A stretch of DNA of 64,000 nt from the human T2T-CHM13v2.0 reference genome, Homo sapiens. Positions 26,455-40,349 of this stretch are shown here, piece by piece. The stretch lies in assembly GCF_009914755.1 (NCBI RefSeq), contig NC_060940.1; one strand, written 5' to 3'. Under the pieces are notes generated by a model. The model ran no database searches, was not told where the DNA came from, and saw only the letters and a program-made list of their open reading frames with translations. The stretch's first letter is position 1. Each line of letters starts with the position of its first letter. A program made the translations under genes and the position numbers.

Positions 26455-26660
26455 TGGGTCCCACACCCATCTGTGAACCAGTCATAGGCTGGCCAGTTGT
26501 AGGTCACATGTCCACTCCAGGAGCTGAGCATGCTGTGGTGTCACCCATAGTGTCTGAGAGTAAGAAAAGGATGGTTCTTGAAAGGTTAAGAGGAATGCTA
26601 CTACTTCCAAAAGGTAGAATGACACTGGGTAGGCAAAAAGAGGAGATGTTCACTGCAAAT
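26455..26660 (-). mobile_element. Old MLT1 LTR fragment
   Basis: tgaaccagtca...taggtcacatgtccactccaggag...gggtaggcaaaaagaggagatgttcactgca. Confidence 0.55.
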
Positions 26661-27111
26661 ATGCTGTGTTCTTGATCTAGATTTTTCTTCTTTTAATAGC
26701 ATCTCATCCCCATTTCTTCTTGCCCTGATGATACCAGAAAATGCCTGTTTATTTGTTAAAGATCCTGGACCAAATAAATCAATCTTAAGTCTGTGTGATC
26801 TGTTTCTTGCATTGCATTATTGGCTAATTGCTGGCCTCCCCTGCCAGACTATGCTGTTTCAGCTTTGGAGACTGTTTCTTCATACTTGAAGCTAAAATAC
26901 AGCATAACAGGTTATGAAGACCTTGAATTCCAATGTAATGCAAACAAATACAAAAGGAAATCATTTGAAAGTTTATTTTGCATGTAGAGTTAAGGGACTT
27001 CGTGGGAGAATATATTGTGATGCCTCAAGCTTGTCTCCAAGGAGTGCTCTCTAGCCAGCTTTGTAGAGATCACAGAGCTCCACCTTCCTCCATGTACAAA
27101 GGATGGAAGAT

Positions 27112-27366
27112 TTTTTTTTTTCTGGAATGCAGTAGCACCACCTCAGCTCACTGCTACCTATGCCTCCTGGGCTCAAGCCATTCTCTCCAGTGGCTGGGAC
27201 TCCAGGCACACTGTACCACACCTGGCTAATATTTTTTGTATTTTTTTGTAGGGACAGAGTTTCGTCATGTTGCCCAGGCTGGTCTCAAACTTCTGGCCTA
27301 AAACAATCCGCCTGCCTTAGCCTCTCAAAATGCTGGGACTACAGGTGTGAGCCACCACATCTGGCC
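27112..27366 (-). mobile_element. AluJ with internal deletions
   Basis: cctcctgggctcaagcc...ttttttgtagggacagagtttcgtcatgttgcccaggctggtctc. Confidence 0.9.
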
Positions 27367-27733
27367 AAGGTGGAGGACCTTTGATGACCATCTTACCAGA
27401 GGCATTTTTTGTCCGTGGCATCCTTGAAAAATAGGTCATCTGGACGTTCATCAGGCCAGTTCAGCCTTCCTGGACCTTAGGTTTAAATGCCCATTTTGAA
27501 TGGTCTTAACTTCGTAATTTATTTCTAGTAGAGGTTTTGCTAAATTCTTCCACACAGTATAAACTCTAGGAGAATGGAGACCTCTGTCTTGTTTCCTTCT
27601 GTTCTTTCAGTGTCTAGAAGAATGCCTGGTAGAAAGTAAGAGCTCAATAGACACGTGTTGATGGAGTGAAGAGAAATCTAGCCATAAGTAGCTATCAGTG
27701 AGAAGGAGGTGGGGAATTGGCTGGGAAGTCTTC

Positions 27734-28099
27734 TGTATTTAGCCCATTCTCACACTGCTGTAAAGAACTACCTGAGACTGGGTAATTTATGAAGAAAAGA
27801 GGTTTCATTGACTCAGTTCCACAGGCTTAACAGGAGGCATGACTGGGAGACCTCAGGAAACTTACAATTATAGCAGAAGGTGAATGGGAAGCAAGCCCCT
27901 TCTTCACATGCCGGTAGGAGATAGAGCAAAAGGGGATGTGCCCCACACTTTTAAACCATCAGATCTCGTGAGAACTCACTCACTATCATGAGATAACAGC
28001 AAGGGAGAAATTCACCCCCATGATGCAGTCACCTCCCACCGTGTCCCTCCTTCAATTCGACATGAGATTTGAGTGGGGGCACAAATCCAAACCATATCA
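27734..28099 (-). mobile_element. MSTA/THE1D-type MaLR solo LTR
   Basis: tgtatttagcccattctcacactgctgtaaagaactacctgagactggg ... cacaaatccaaaccatatca. Confidence 0.92.
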
Positions 28100-28649
28100 C
28101 CTTGGTAATCAATTAGCTAGGCCAGCGAGGAAACTAAAGGATAATTGCTGTGCAGATGTCTGAGCATTCCAACAACTTTCCCCTAATAGCCCTGGAGAGG
28201 AACAAGGTTTGAGAGAGGATTTTATACTTCCCTGGTTGTTTTTGGACTTTGTTGAGGTCTGTTTTAACAATAAGCTTCTATAACCTCAATGAATGTTAAC
28301 AGTCTATGAGTATCAATTGACCCATCTGTAAAATGGGGTTCATAGTGGTGTTGACCTCATAAAACCTTTGGGGAATAGATTGAGATGCATGAACATGCTG
28401 CTTGGGGGTTGGCAAGTAGTGATCTTTGCTGTGTGTGTTGTGGAACTAAGTTTAGTAAATGCTCATGTTTTTAGATAACACCCTCTATGCCCATATGAAA
28501 GGTCTTCTTGGTTGTGAATATGGGGAATAGGGGATACTTTCATCTTATTGTATCTGTTACTATGTGACGAATTTCAGGCCTCTGCATGTTACTATGTGAC
28601 AAACATCATGTACATCATGATGTCTCTTAAAGCTTCCTTTCCATTGTGT

Positions 28650-29200
28650 CATCTGGTAAATAGTTACTAAATATGTCCTGTGTGCTGGAGTTGATGGTAG
28701 GCACTAAGAAGATGATGATGAAAAAGATGCCAGGTCTTTGCCCACATGGCATTTACAGTCTAAGGCATGAGAGAGATATGGAGCAAATGATCCTGTATAA
28801 TTGCAACTTTGCTATGAAAGAGGGGCACAGGATACTTTGAGGTATTACAGGACACATAACACAGGGGCATGGAGCTGAGTATGGGGTAAGGGCATTGGGA
28901 AAAGGCTTTCTGGAGGATATGATATTTGAACCAAGGCTTTTTGAAAGATGTATAAGAATTGGCCATGCAAAGAGGGCAGGGAAGAGCTGCTGAGGGAGAG
29001 GAGCAAAGCCTCTAAATTGGGATGGAGTTTGGTTCACTGGAGGGTCGGCAGGTGGGTAGGAGAACTGGAGCCCAGAGGGCAAGCTGGGAGTGGCATGAGG
29101 CGAAGCCAGAGTACAAATATCACAGAGCATCCTCGTATATTCTTCCAAGGATTTTGGTCTCAATTCTTTGAGCCATGGAAGCCTATTTAAAGATTTTTAG
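28650..29200 (-). mobile_element. L2 3' region
   Basis: gtctttgcccacatggcatttacagtctaagg...ggaaaaggctttctggaggatatgatatttgaacc. Confidence 0.75.
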
Positions 29201-29214
29201 TGCACAGATGTTTT

Positions 29215-29580
29215 AGTGCAGAGGTTAATGCAGAGACTCTGGAGTCAGGATGCTTGCATTTGGGTTTCAGCTCAGCCACTGAATAGGTTACTTAACTCTC
29301 TGAGCCCAGTTTTCTCATCCGTTAAATGGGGATAATGTCTTTATTGCATAATTTTTTTACAAGTGTCAAATGTGTGTGTATATATGTGTGTATATGTGCA
29401 TGTGTATTTATGTGTGTGAGTATATATATATGTGTACATATTTAATATGCAACCCATGATGTAGGGATATTATTATCTACATGTTATAGATGATATGCAG
29501 TGTATGCATGGCTTACAAAGGTGCTTAGCATATTCAAAATTTTACAGAAATTTACACTAATCATTATGTGAACTATTGCC
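29215..29580 (+). mobile_element. MIR interrupted by (TG/TA)n low-complexity sequence
   Basis: gaggttaatgcagagactctggagtcag...ttacttaactctctgagcccagttttctcatccgttaaatggggataat. Confidence 0.75.
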
Positions 29581-30891
29581 ATGATTATTATGCCCAGGTT
29601 AAGCCCCCTCAAATCGTTACATGGTCGCTCAGATCTGTTCTACCTTCAGAGATTAGAGCAAGCTGAATGGTGCTCTTGGGTTGACCTGGTGAGGTTTCCA
29701 GGTTCTTATTACCCACCTTGAACTGCTTGTTGGGCCAGTACAGAAGACTTGGGGCACATCCACTGAGGACATGACAGCAAGAAGAGGGGAGGTCCCAAAT
29801 GCAGAGACATTTAGTACCCAGATGGAGGAGGACAGGAATCACAGTTGCAGAAGCTGCTGGATAAAACAGTAATAATTTGGATAAAAGTTATGCAAAGAGA
29901 AGCCCCAGCCAAACTCCTCTGGAGGAACTCTGGAGCCTAATCCATCACTAGAAGGTAGAAATTAAGTACTCTCTGCTTATCTCTCAGAGAAGAGTAGCAC
30001 ACAGAGGGGCCCTGGGGGTCTGGGGGTCGCCACAACTCACAGGGAGTGGTGGGGTGTGATTTATTAGAATGTGCACAGCTCTGTTGGCTTTTTGTCCTTT
30101 GAGCAGTGCTGGGAGCCAACCAGGCCCAGCTACTTTGCATACTAATAAAGATTGGTGCATGTAATTATTCAGCAGTCACACCGTTATTCCTCGGAGATAA
30201 ATCATCCCTGGTTTATTTACCCCTCTTCCCTCAAGTTATTTTAAGTTGCTTTAATGCACCGGATCTCAAGTTGAGTGGAAGTAGCCAACTACTTGGGTTT
30301 TTGACATTCTGAGGTGGCTAGGGTTCCATTTGGCTCATTTATATTTTGGGGGGCTCTCCCAGGACCCCTCAACTCCATCCTCAGCTTGGCCGGGTTACTA
30401 TGTGTGCTCTGGCAGCACATATAATGACAGGGTGAGTTGGCCAGTGCCAGGACCCCCTTTGAGTTGTTAGGAACTTTTGGAAACATGGGGTAATTTGAAT
30501 TAGGAATGAGACTTATCGGGCTTCTTACATCATGGGGATTTAACTACCCTCCTTCAACCAAAAAGTCATATGGGAATGAGGCAGTGGGAAAACCTGCTCA
30601 TCTCCAAGGGCACATGTGTAGATCATCTCTTCCACCAGGAATCTCTCCCTCCAGCCCATTTTTGACCCACTGGTATCCATTTTGCAAAATCAAATATGTA
30701 ACCACACATTGTATGTCATTGAGGAGTAGGCGAAATTATTATTAGTAAAGATAGGGTAAAATAAATCATTTGGTTCCTGCAACCTTTGATCTTTGTCCTT
30801 GAAGGCTATCTTCCTATCTTCCATCATGCTTCATATTCTTTCCATCAGCACCAAAACCAGCACCATCCATGTGCTAATGGATCTCTTAGGT

Positions 30892-31135
30892 TTGTTTTTA
30901 TTTTTTTAGTTTTAGACAGGGTCTTGCTGTCTTGTCCAGGCTAGGGTGCAGTGGCATGATCCTTGATCACTGCAACCTCGAACTTCTGGGCTAAAGCTAT
31001 CTTCCCACCTCAGCCTCCTGAGTAGCTGGGACTACAGGCATGCACCACCATGTACAGATAATTTTTTAATTTTTTGCGGAGAAGGGGTTCTCACTATATT
31101 GCCCAGGCTGGTTTCAAACTCATGGGCTCAAGCAA
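30892..31135 (-). mobile_element. AluJ, 5'-truncated
   Basis: J diagnostics; TSD ggatctct(t/c)ag(g/c)ttt. Confidence 0.92.
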
Positions 31136-31539
31136 GGATCTCTCAGCTTTTAAACACCTCTGTAATCACGAGCGAAACATTGACATTAGTACACACAATT
31201 TGTTTTTTGGACTAACAGCAAACTAAGAAACATTCAAAGACAGAGAGGAGGCAACTAATAATCAATGTGGGACCATTAAGTGACTGAGCAATGAGGAGAG
31301 AAAGAGATGAGACCTGACTCATAGGACCTCTCATCATCCCAACAAGGAGATTATGGAAGCAAAGCAGGTGGGCTTTTAGGGATAACAAGATCACTCTGTC
31401 ATTCTCCTGGGATACCGCATCTGTGTGCGAGGCCTCTTGGCTTTGCTTATTATCGTATCCGTAGTGGCTAGAACAGTTCAGTGGAAACAAAATAGGTGCC
31501 TGATAGATGTTTCTCAGACACATGAACTGATCGTGTTGC

Positions 31540-31843
31540 TTTTTTTTCTGTCTTTTTTATTGAGACAGAGTCTTGCTCTGTTGCCCACGATGGAGTGCAG
31601 TGGTGTGCTCTCCATTCACTGCAACCTCTGCCTCCCAGGTTCAAGCAATTCTCTTGCGTCTGCCTCCTGAGGAGCTGGGATTATAGGTGCGTGCCACCAT
31701 GCCTAGCTAATTTTTGTATTTTTAGTAGAGATGGGGTTTCACCATGTTGGCCAGGATGGTCTTGAACTCCTGACCTCAACTGATCTGCCAGCCTCGGCCT
31801 CCCAAAGTGCTGGGATTACAGGCGTGGGCCATGGCTCCCGGCC
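31540..31843 (-). mobile_element. AluS at the 3' end of an L2
   Basis: Full dimer; TSD tgttgcttttttt. Confidence 0.95.
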
Positions 31844-33239
31844 ATGTTGCTTTTTTTCCTATGATTTTTGTCTTAGAACATTCCGAAAGTTACGAAAATG
31901 TGTACAGGTGAGGAATTTGGCCAGTTTAAACATGTTTCCTGATGTAGCATGTCTGGAAGATGAGAGTGGAAATACAGTTCCAAGCAAGCTGATTTCAAGG
32001 TGTCGATTGCCCCGAATCACCAAGCACTGCCTTGCTTCTTGTTTAGCAGGAAACCTGCCCTCTTATTTCCCTGGTGCTCCCCCGTCATTTATGCTGGGTG
32101 AGTCATGATGCAGAGAGGGTTGAAAACACGTCCTGGGTGGGAGAAAGTTAGTCATTAAAAATTTATCTTCTCTGGGAGTTTGTTTTTAAAACTTTGGACT
32201 AGAAAATGTGTACAGGAATGTTTGGCTTTTAATAATTAAATCTTGCATTGTTTTAATTTTCTCCAGAGTGTCTCTCTGGAGGAAAATAACGTTGCAATTC
32301 CAATATTTATGTCTTTCCTAAAGCACTGGTTGCCAAATGAAATGATTTTGGTATTTTTTTTCCTACGATGGTTGATGGTTGATTTGTCTCCGGGGGCACC
32401 CCTATGAATTTGCAGGAAGGACTTAATGTTCTGTGAGAGTGGGGAGGAATCACTGGGGCAGGGGGCAAGAGGGCATGGCTTTTTTTTTGGTGTAGGAGGA
32501 TACAGGATTTAGGGTGGGGTTCCTCCAGCCCTAGCCTAAGCCCACTCTGTAGGTGGCCAGTATCTTACCTTCATACACAGTCCGTTTTCAGCAGGGAGAA
32601 GAAGCCAAGCGTCCTGCGTAAAAGCAATTATTTGTCTGAATGCTTGAGGCCATCTCTCTCTCTCCACCTCCAGCAGAGCACCCATCCAGGGGTGTCCAGA
32701 CACAAACACATGAGAAACACCCAGCCAGCCAAGTCAGGATTTGGATTTTTCACGACTCTCCCATTCCCAGACAATACAAGCCTCATTAGTGGGGAGCTTC
32801 TCTTTGTGAGCCCATGAGTAGGACTCACACCTGTAACTATCTCTAATTCATCCAAGCCCTCTTTAAACAGAAAGAGGAAATGTGTGCAATTGGAATCTCT
32901 GGGCTTGGCTGCAGCTGTTTGGGAGAAAGAAAATTGCTTCTGTAATTTCTGCTTCTGCTGTGTTTGATTTTGTAAGTCAGTTCTTTAAGAGCCTCAAGGA
33001 AAAGGGTGTGCATTTTCTCAGAGCTGAAGTGTCTTGTGCTAGGAATGGGGGACATGAGTGCCTTGCTCATGAAGGCGGTTGGACCCAGATTGAGTTTAGT
33101 AACCACTAAAGATGCCAGGTCCTAATTGGATAGCTAACACCTATGTCTGCCATCTGCAAGGAACTCAGAGAATCATTGAGATAGGCAAATATCATGCCTT
33201 CCCCCAACACTCCAGCTATAAGTACAATATTTAAAGGCA

Positions 33240-33660
33240 CAGTTTCCAGGGAAGATACAGCTGGCATCACATGTGGCTATGAGGTTTGCTGGTGTTGCAT
33301 CCTTGTTTGGAAACCTTAACTTCTATGAGCAGGAATAGCCTCATCTGTTAAATAGGAATGATACTAATACCTTATTGGGTTCCTTGGGGATTAGGAAAAC
33401 CTGTGTAAAGGACATGGTGGAATACTTGCTGCTAAGACACTTGACAAAGATTTATTAGGAAGGAAGTAGAGTAGTAGTTAAGAATGCCATTGGAATCAGA
33501 CAGACTTGGGTTCAGTTTCCAGCTCTGTACTTAATACTATTTGTAACTTTGAGGGTGGTATTTCTAAGCTTTAGTTTTCTATTCACTAGGTAGGGACCAT
33601 AATACTCATCTCAGGTGAAATTTGGCAGTGTATTCAAAGGGTTCACGACATGGTTAATTA
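33240..33660 (+). mobile_element. Two adjacent MIR copies
   Basis: cctcatctgttaaataggaatgatactaatacc; gtagttaagaatgccattggaatcagacagacttgggttc. Confidence 0.7.
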
Positions 33661-33839
33661 TTGTTGTTGAAAGAGAGAATAAAAGAAGGAGGCTAGTTGC
33701 TGTCCATACCAAACAAGACGCTTGTTTCGTGGGCTCTTCCTGGAATCTCTTATTTTCTGAAAACCCGAAGTAGTCAGACTGGAACTGGATGAATACAGAG
33801 AGAAACACGTTATCTCCTGAACTTGAACTTGTATGACTT

Positions 33840-33990
33840 CATTCATTCAGTTCAAGTAATTCTTGTATTCATTATAATTTTGCTTATTCATTTGGTAAAT
33901 ATGTATCAAGCAGATGAAGTATGAGGCACTGTCCTAGGTGTTAGAGATAAAGGACAAAAAGACATAGTCCTGCCTCTCAAATTCATTTTG
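33840..33990 (-). mobile_element. L2 3' end
   Basis: ttcattcattc...aggcactgtcctaggtgttagagataaagg...gacatagtcctgcctctcaa. Confidence 0.7.
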
Positions 33991-34129
33991 AGCTTCCATA
34001 TACATAGATTCCTTTGATAGTTCAATCAAAAACATGGTTTTTCTCTCAAGCAGTAGGGTGAGAGAGAATAATCTGTACAAACATTTAATTTATAATTTCA
34101 GGCTATTAGTAGATCCACCTGCGTCCAGC

Positions 34130-34787
34130 TGGATCTGTACCTTCCATCTCTTTGATTTTTTGCGTATGTCATTTTTATGAAAACAGAATCCTGCTTTAAG
34201 CAGCTGACCCCCACCACCTCAACCATGTGTCTTCCAGTTTCCAGGAGCTGGCATGGTTCATAGATTCTCCCCCTAATATACAAACAGATACCTATTTACT
34301 GCACAACACATGCCACCTACCATTGGTTGTTCCAGTGGTATATCTGGCACCGGCTTGGGCAATAAAAATCCATCTTGGGGATATTCAAACTGAGCCTGGG
34401 AGAGGGCCATTTTTCTCTGAAAGAAGTAGCTGTGAGATGAGGGGCTTGGGAGCTGCCATGGGCCACAATTTCTAACTTTTGGAAGAAACATGTCTGTCAT
34501 TATTGAGAATAAACCCAATTGTCATAGAAGAGGAAAGACGAGAGTGAGAGCAAGAAGAGGAATGAAAACAAGAACAAGAAAGAGAGCAAGAGAGAACACG
34601 GGCCATGGCAGTGTTAGCATCTCTTGTTTAATTTGTTCTTGAGACCCAACCGAAATATTTCCCTACTCAGGATTTCGATATTCAACCCCATAATAGATCC
34701 CGTGAGTCATCACATTCTACTCTTGCCTAACCTTGCTAATGTTGAGTTTCTGTCTCTTGCAATCCAAAAACAGTCTTGATGAATACA
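34130..34787 (+). mobile_element. ERVL-type LTR (LTR33/LTR16-like)
   Basis: Terminus ttgagtttctgtctcttgcaatccaaaaacagtcttgatgaataca; internal gggagctgccatgggccac. Confidence 0.6.
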
Positions 34788-35441
34788 GCATCTGTGGATC
34801 TGTTTCTGGGCTCCAGTGAGAGATAGATTAGAAAATGGGCTCTGATGGCTTTGTGTAATCAGTGCCATGGTAGAGAACACAGGATGCCAGGCAGCAAAGA
34901 GGATGGGTGCATAATCAGGAATTCCACAAAGCTCTGTTCTGTTATTTTGGGAAGAGTAAGGAATGGTTCTTCTGTTCTTTGATCAGTGAGCATGTGCCTG
35001 AATATGACCTAATTGAAATGAACCCACCTGGCTTAGACAACTGGCAGAATAATGAGAATTTAAAACAGATTTTCGTGATGGCATGTTTTATCATTCATTT
35101 CCTTTCTCCTCCCAAAGTATCCTAGGGTAAGTCTTCAGCAAGACAAATGGATGATCTTGGCCTGTATGTGTCGATTATGACATTAATCCATCTCTCATTC
35201 TCCCAGGCCTCCTCCTGACACTTCCTGTTTAACAGCAAGCATCATTAGCTAGGTGTGTCAGGCACTTGTCTTGCTGCATTCTTCCATAGGATAATATTGT
35301 CTTTTTCATTCAGGAGTTGAAATTCATCTGACACCTGGTATTCTATGGTATATATATATATAAAGTTCATTCAATGAGATCTTTACACTAATATCTCCCA
35401 TTTATGTAGCCACTGTAATCTACTGGGTGTTGTATCAGTTT

Positions 35442-35444
<3 letters not shown>

Positions 35445-35512
<68 letters not shown>

Positions 35513-35520
35513 TTTTTTTT
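35445..35520. repeat. (TA)~25 microsatellite fused to a poly-T run
   Basis: Pure TA repeat immediately followed by about 26 T. Confidence 0.97.
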
Positions 35521-36589
35521 ACCATTTCCTTTATTCTTCACAACGGCCCCGTGAATTATGCATTATTGCCCTTGGCTTCAGATGAGCACCTGAGAGATGA
35601 GGATATCTATCCCATAGGTGTTGGGTCTCTAACTCAGGCGCATTGGGTTCTACAGCCTGTACGCTGAAGGGTTTTGTGATTTTTAAGTGCCCATGTATCT
35701 TCAGCACCCGGGACAGCTCCTGAGTGGCTGGATAAGACATCCAGGTTATCTGAAAATGCATGTGAGAGATTATAAGCTCCCACGAAATTCCTACTCAGAG
35801 CCATGTGAGTTTAGAGCCAAGGGTTATATGACAGTGGATAGGGTCCTATTTTGTCACTTTGCAGATGTTGAAACTGAAGCAGCTAATTGTGGATCAGGTA
35901 ACCCAATGTCACACAGCTTGTAAGGGCTAGAGCGAGGCTTGGCAACCATGCTTTTGTTTGTTGCTTTCACTGCGCTCTCTGTTAAATGTAGGGATGGCTG
36001 CCTTCTCCTGCTAGTGCCATTGACATGGGTCTCTTCATTTGCTGCTTTGTAGCCTTGCGCAGTTGCGGGCCTCCAAGAGGAGGGGAAGAGACTTTGCCGT
36101 GGCTGCTGCTGCTATGCTAACACAAGTCACAATGCTGCCCTAATTGTCTGTATTATGAGGATGGCAGGCCTGGCACATGGGTTCTCTCAAGGCAGCTTCC
36201 CAATTAATCTTTTCTTCTCTGATTAAGGCTCACGTCCTGTGATTGTTGTGGTTGGGGAGGGTTGGTGCACAGGATGTTTTAAAGAATTGTGTGCAGTGGA
36301 GTGAGTGAAGGAATTTGGGGTTAACCATGCTGACATTGTCTCAGACATGATCACTTTGTGGTCCGGAACATCTGAAGCAACATGGAGCCTATTACCGGCT
36401 CTGTGTCCCTGGGGACCCCTGGCGTTTTCTGGGCTTGTTGGCAGTGGTTGCATTTGTGTGCCAGGCAGGGCAAGAGCTGTTGTGGCTCTGCAAGACCTGG
36501 GGGAGCCAGAAAGGGATGACGGGTCCTCTTTGTCTTGGTATGAGCAAGGAAAACATTAGCTTATGCTGTGTGTTAAGTTTTCCTTCACC

Positions 36590-37420
36590 TATTAAAAACA
36601 TATTTATTGCAAAACCATCCTAGATCAGTTCTTGTGCCTGACCCTAGGGTAAGTGGGAAGCACAAGGAGACATGCCTCTGGACTCCCAGGGTGTTTGATC
36701 TGGAAGGGGAGAGAGTGAATAATCAAATTATTGTAGTAATGATTGCATAATTGCAGACAAGAGAGATTCTCTGCAGGCATGGGACAGTTTATTAATTTGA
36801 TGTAGTAAACACTTATATAGCACTTGTCCTGTGCATGCCATGATTCTAAATGCTTTCTAATAGTAACTCATTTAATCTGCAGAATAACCCTGTATGGTAA
36901 GTATTGGTATTAGTCATTGTTATCTACATTGCTCAGATAAGAAAATGGAGGCACAGAGAGGTTAAGTGGCCCAAGGTCACACAGCTAGTAAGTGGCAAAG
37001 CTTAGATCTATAACCATATAGTCTTATTTCAGAGTTCATGTCCTTAACCATTCAGGATACCACCTTTCAGCTGAGAAAATACACTGGAGAACTTTTTCTC
37101 TGTCTGGGGTTTGGACAGACAGTGTCACTGTGAAGTGACAGTTGGGGTGCGATTCAAAGCAGGAGGAGGAAGAGGTAATGAAATAAAGAGCATTAGGTGG
37201 CAGGAACAGTGCAGGCAAAGGCCGTGGTCATAGGGAGCCTGGAAGATGTCCTGGGCAGCTTTGGGTGAGATGGGACTGGGGAGGTGAACTGGAACCAAAT
37301 CTTAAAGGGCCTTGCATGCCTTATTAAGAATTTTTTGGTCTTTACTCTCAGGAAAATGGGAATTCAATAAAAGGTGGTAAGCAATCAGGTTTGCTTTTTG
37401 AGGAAAATTGCTGTAAATAT
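36590..37420 (-). mobile_element. L2 with a MIR nested at about 36800-37060
   Basis: MIR core gaggcacagagaggttaagtggcccaaggtcacacagctagtaagtggc flanked by L2 sequence (caggaacagtgcaggcaaaggcc). Confidence 0.8.
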
Positions 37421-37551
37421 GGAAATCCATGTGAATCTAAAGGACCCAGCACTTGACAGGCTGGAGACTTTCCAGAAAATGATGATGGTGATGACAAAAA
37501 TAGTAACAGCCTCTATTTATTGAGTGCTTATTTAGGACCATTGACCTGCTA

Positions 37552-37919
37552 TGCATTAGTTTGTTCTCACAGTGCTAAAAAGAAATATCCCAGACTGTGT
37601 AATTTATACATGAAAGAGGTTTAATTGACTCATAGTTCCTCATGGCTGGGAAGGCCTCAGGAAACTTACAATTATGATGGAAGGGAAAGCAGGCATGTCT
37701 TACATGGTGGCAGGCAAGAGAGAGAAGTGAAGGGGGAGGAGCCCTGTATAAAACCATTACATCTTGTGAGAGCTCACTCTCTATCATCAGAGCAGCATAG
37801 GCGAAAACTGCCCCAATGATCCAATCACCTTCCACCAGGTCCCTCCTTCAACACCTCAACACCTGGGGATTACCATTTGAGATGATATTTGAGTGGGGAC
37901 ACGAAGCCAAACCATATAA
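37552..37919 (-). mobile_element. THE1D-like MaLR solo LTR inserted in a MIR (about 37495-38110)
   Basis: tgcattagtttgttctcacagtgct...ggcctcaggaaacttacaatt...ggggacacgaagccaaaccatataa; TSD TGCTA on both sides. Confidence 0.93.
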
Positions 37920-38559
37920 TGCTAAATCCTTTATTAGCAATACCTCATTTAGTTTTCACAACCACCTTCTAGGAGATTAGAAATATTATATTTATTATGT
38001 AGACAAGTGCTCTAAGGCTTAGGGAATTTCAGCAGCTGGTTGGCATTACAGGCTGGCACCTGCCAGGACCAGTTATTGGGCTCAGATCTGATTCCAAAGG
38101 TTTGGCTTTCACGCATGCTGATGAATTCTTATCTCAAGAGCAGAGGGAAGAGTATGTGAGGCCTCTCAGAGAATGACTGTTAGCGGCTGGTGTTCTAGGG
38201 GCTTTTCATCATCTATGAGCTCACTTAATTCGCATAACAGGTAGGTGACTTATGTGTTATTTGTCCTCGTGTAGTTTAGGAAATGGAAGTCCAGAGAAGT
38301 TGCCTGTGGTCACGTGGTTCATAAATAGCAGAGTCCAGATTTTAACAGAGTCCAGATTTTAACCCAGTTCATCCAGCTGCAAGGAAGCCAGTGGTTAGAT
38401 GATCTGAAGAAATTTCCTGGCTCCCTCTGATCTGCATTCCTAGTTTTTAATGCTACTTCTTTTGCCACATACACTTGACTCCACCCAACTTCCACCCCCA
38501 CTCCATTTCTGTGCTGCAGAGTTCACTCTGTTTTTAAATATTGACTAGTCATGTTTTTC

Positions 38560-38888
38560 CATGGAGATTGAACCCAGCTCCAAATGCTGTATCATGATTG
38601 GTCTCTGAGGACATCCTTGTAGTACATGCTGGTGGTTAATTTGAGAATAGTGGATGAGACTTTAGCCAGTGAGAGGTAAGGAAAAGTCTGTTGGGTAGGG
38701 GATGTGCAGAAAGTTTTCCTTTCCTTTAAGCAAGCATCCAAAACTTTTCTCTAGTTGAATGAACCGACACTGAATGAACTTGCTTCTGGATTTCTTGTTC
38801 TGTGTAATCATACTGTCTTTTTATTTGCTTAAGCCATTTGGGGCTAATTTCTTTTGTTACTCGAGGCCAAAGGTACTTCAAATGACAG
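38560..38888 (+). mobile_element. Old MLT1 (I/J-like) LTR fragment
   Basis: cttctggatttcttgttctgtg...ttgcttaagccattt...ttgttactcgaggccaaagg. Confidence 0.55.
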
Positions 38889-39789
38889 GCAGCCTTTTGG
38901 ATTCATCCTCGGTAACCTTTGAGCGATGAGGGAGAGAGAAGGAGAAGGACAAGGAAGGGAGGAAGGGAGTCAGGGACTTAAGTACAGGAATGAGATTAAG
39001 GGGCGTTTAAGAGCTCTTCTTGCCATTTGAACCATAGAGATTGGTGAAACTTGTTCTTGTTTCATTGTTGCTGTTTTTGAAGTAAAATATTTCCCTGTCT
39101 GAGCTAATCTGGGCTTTGATCTCCAAATATCTCATCTTTGTTGACTCTTTGTTCCTAAGGAGGGTATCTGTCTCTCCAAAGGATGCCTCTTTTAAGGTTC
39201 TAAAAGCCCAAACTAGTTGATCTGGAAATGCCCGGATCTTTGATTCTTTAAAAAAGTACATTCTATAAGGAGCTATGAGGAATGCTGCCCACACAGCAGG
39301 TTATGATTTTGTAGATAAGTTCTTGCTCTATGTCATTGTGGTGTCTGGACACACAAAGTGCCCACAGCATCACAGAGAGACTCATGCAAACTGCCCCCCT
39401 CCCTGGAACATTGGCTTGATTTTGCCCAAGTCGATAAGAGCTAGAACTCTGAGGGCTTGACCATGTAGACAGTGAAGTACAAAGACTCGCTCTGCAGTGA
39501 CCTTCTTGTTGGAAGTGAGGAGGAAGCCCAGATCATCTACGTTGCAATCTTCCAGTGACCTCTTTCTGGGAGACGTGGGAGATGTTCTAACAGAGCTCAA
39601 ATCTGCTGAGCTTTTTGAGGTTTTAGGAAGCTCACTCACAGGGCTTGTTACCTAATTAGGAGGTAAAGAAAGGCAATAAAATATGAGCCTATGCACTCCA
39701 TAAATTAGGAGCCGCCTTCAGTTCTCTTTGCACAGAAGAGCTAGGGACTATCTTGCATTTCCACCATATCTGTTTATAAACATACTTGG

Positions 39790-40266
39790 GATACCTTGCA
39801 GTGATAGCCTCATTCTTTACTCTTCTCTGCCTTTTGCCATGAGGGCTTGTTGTGCTCCCCCATTGTGAATCTGCACATAGTCATGTAACTTGCTTTGGCC
39901 AATGGCTCAAGGCAGAAATGATAATGTTCTGATTCTGAGCTCAGACCTCAAGAGGCTCTGCCTGTCTTCACCCATTGCCTTGAACTGCTCCCATCATGAT
40001 GAGAAGAACTTCCCCATACCAATGACTGGTCACTGGAAATGGATACAGAGAACATGGAATAGAGACGTGCCCAGCTGAAGCTAGAAGAGACCACCCAAAA
40101 GCTGGCCAGCATCAGACATGTGAGCGAGCCCAGGTGCATAGGCAGAGGTATCTGGCCAACCTGGGTGGGAGCTTAGATGTGTGAAAAATAAACCCTTACA
40201 ATCGAATGTCACTGAGGTTGTGGTGTTTGTTATACAGCATTACTGTGGCAATAGGTAACAGATACA
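39790..40266 (+). mobile_element. MLT1H-like LTR
   Basis: catgtaacttgctttggccaatgg...tcactgaggttgtggtgtttgttatacagcattactgtggcaataggtaacagataca. Confidence 0.85.
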
Positions 40267-40349
40267 AGAAAGATGTGCTTAGTAACGGTTTTCATTTGTC
40301 ATCTCTGCAAGAGTATAAACAGTTTGTGGGTAAGGAAATAACAAAAGCC

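Noticed and set aside
26214-26531. ORF1p-like peptide as a domesticated L1TD1-like gene
   Set aside because: Short, interrupted by stops, and its N-terminus derives from an unrelated LTR fragment.
28555-28600. 14-bp direct repeat tgttactatgtgac, plus similar micro-duplications near 29195, 38329 and 43267
   Set aside because: Ordinary slippage duplications with no further structure.
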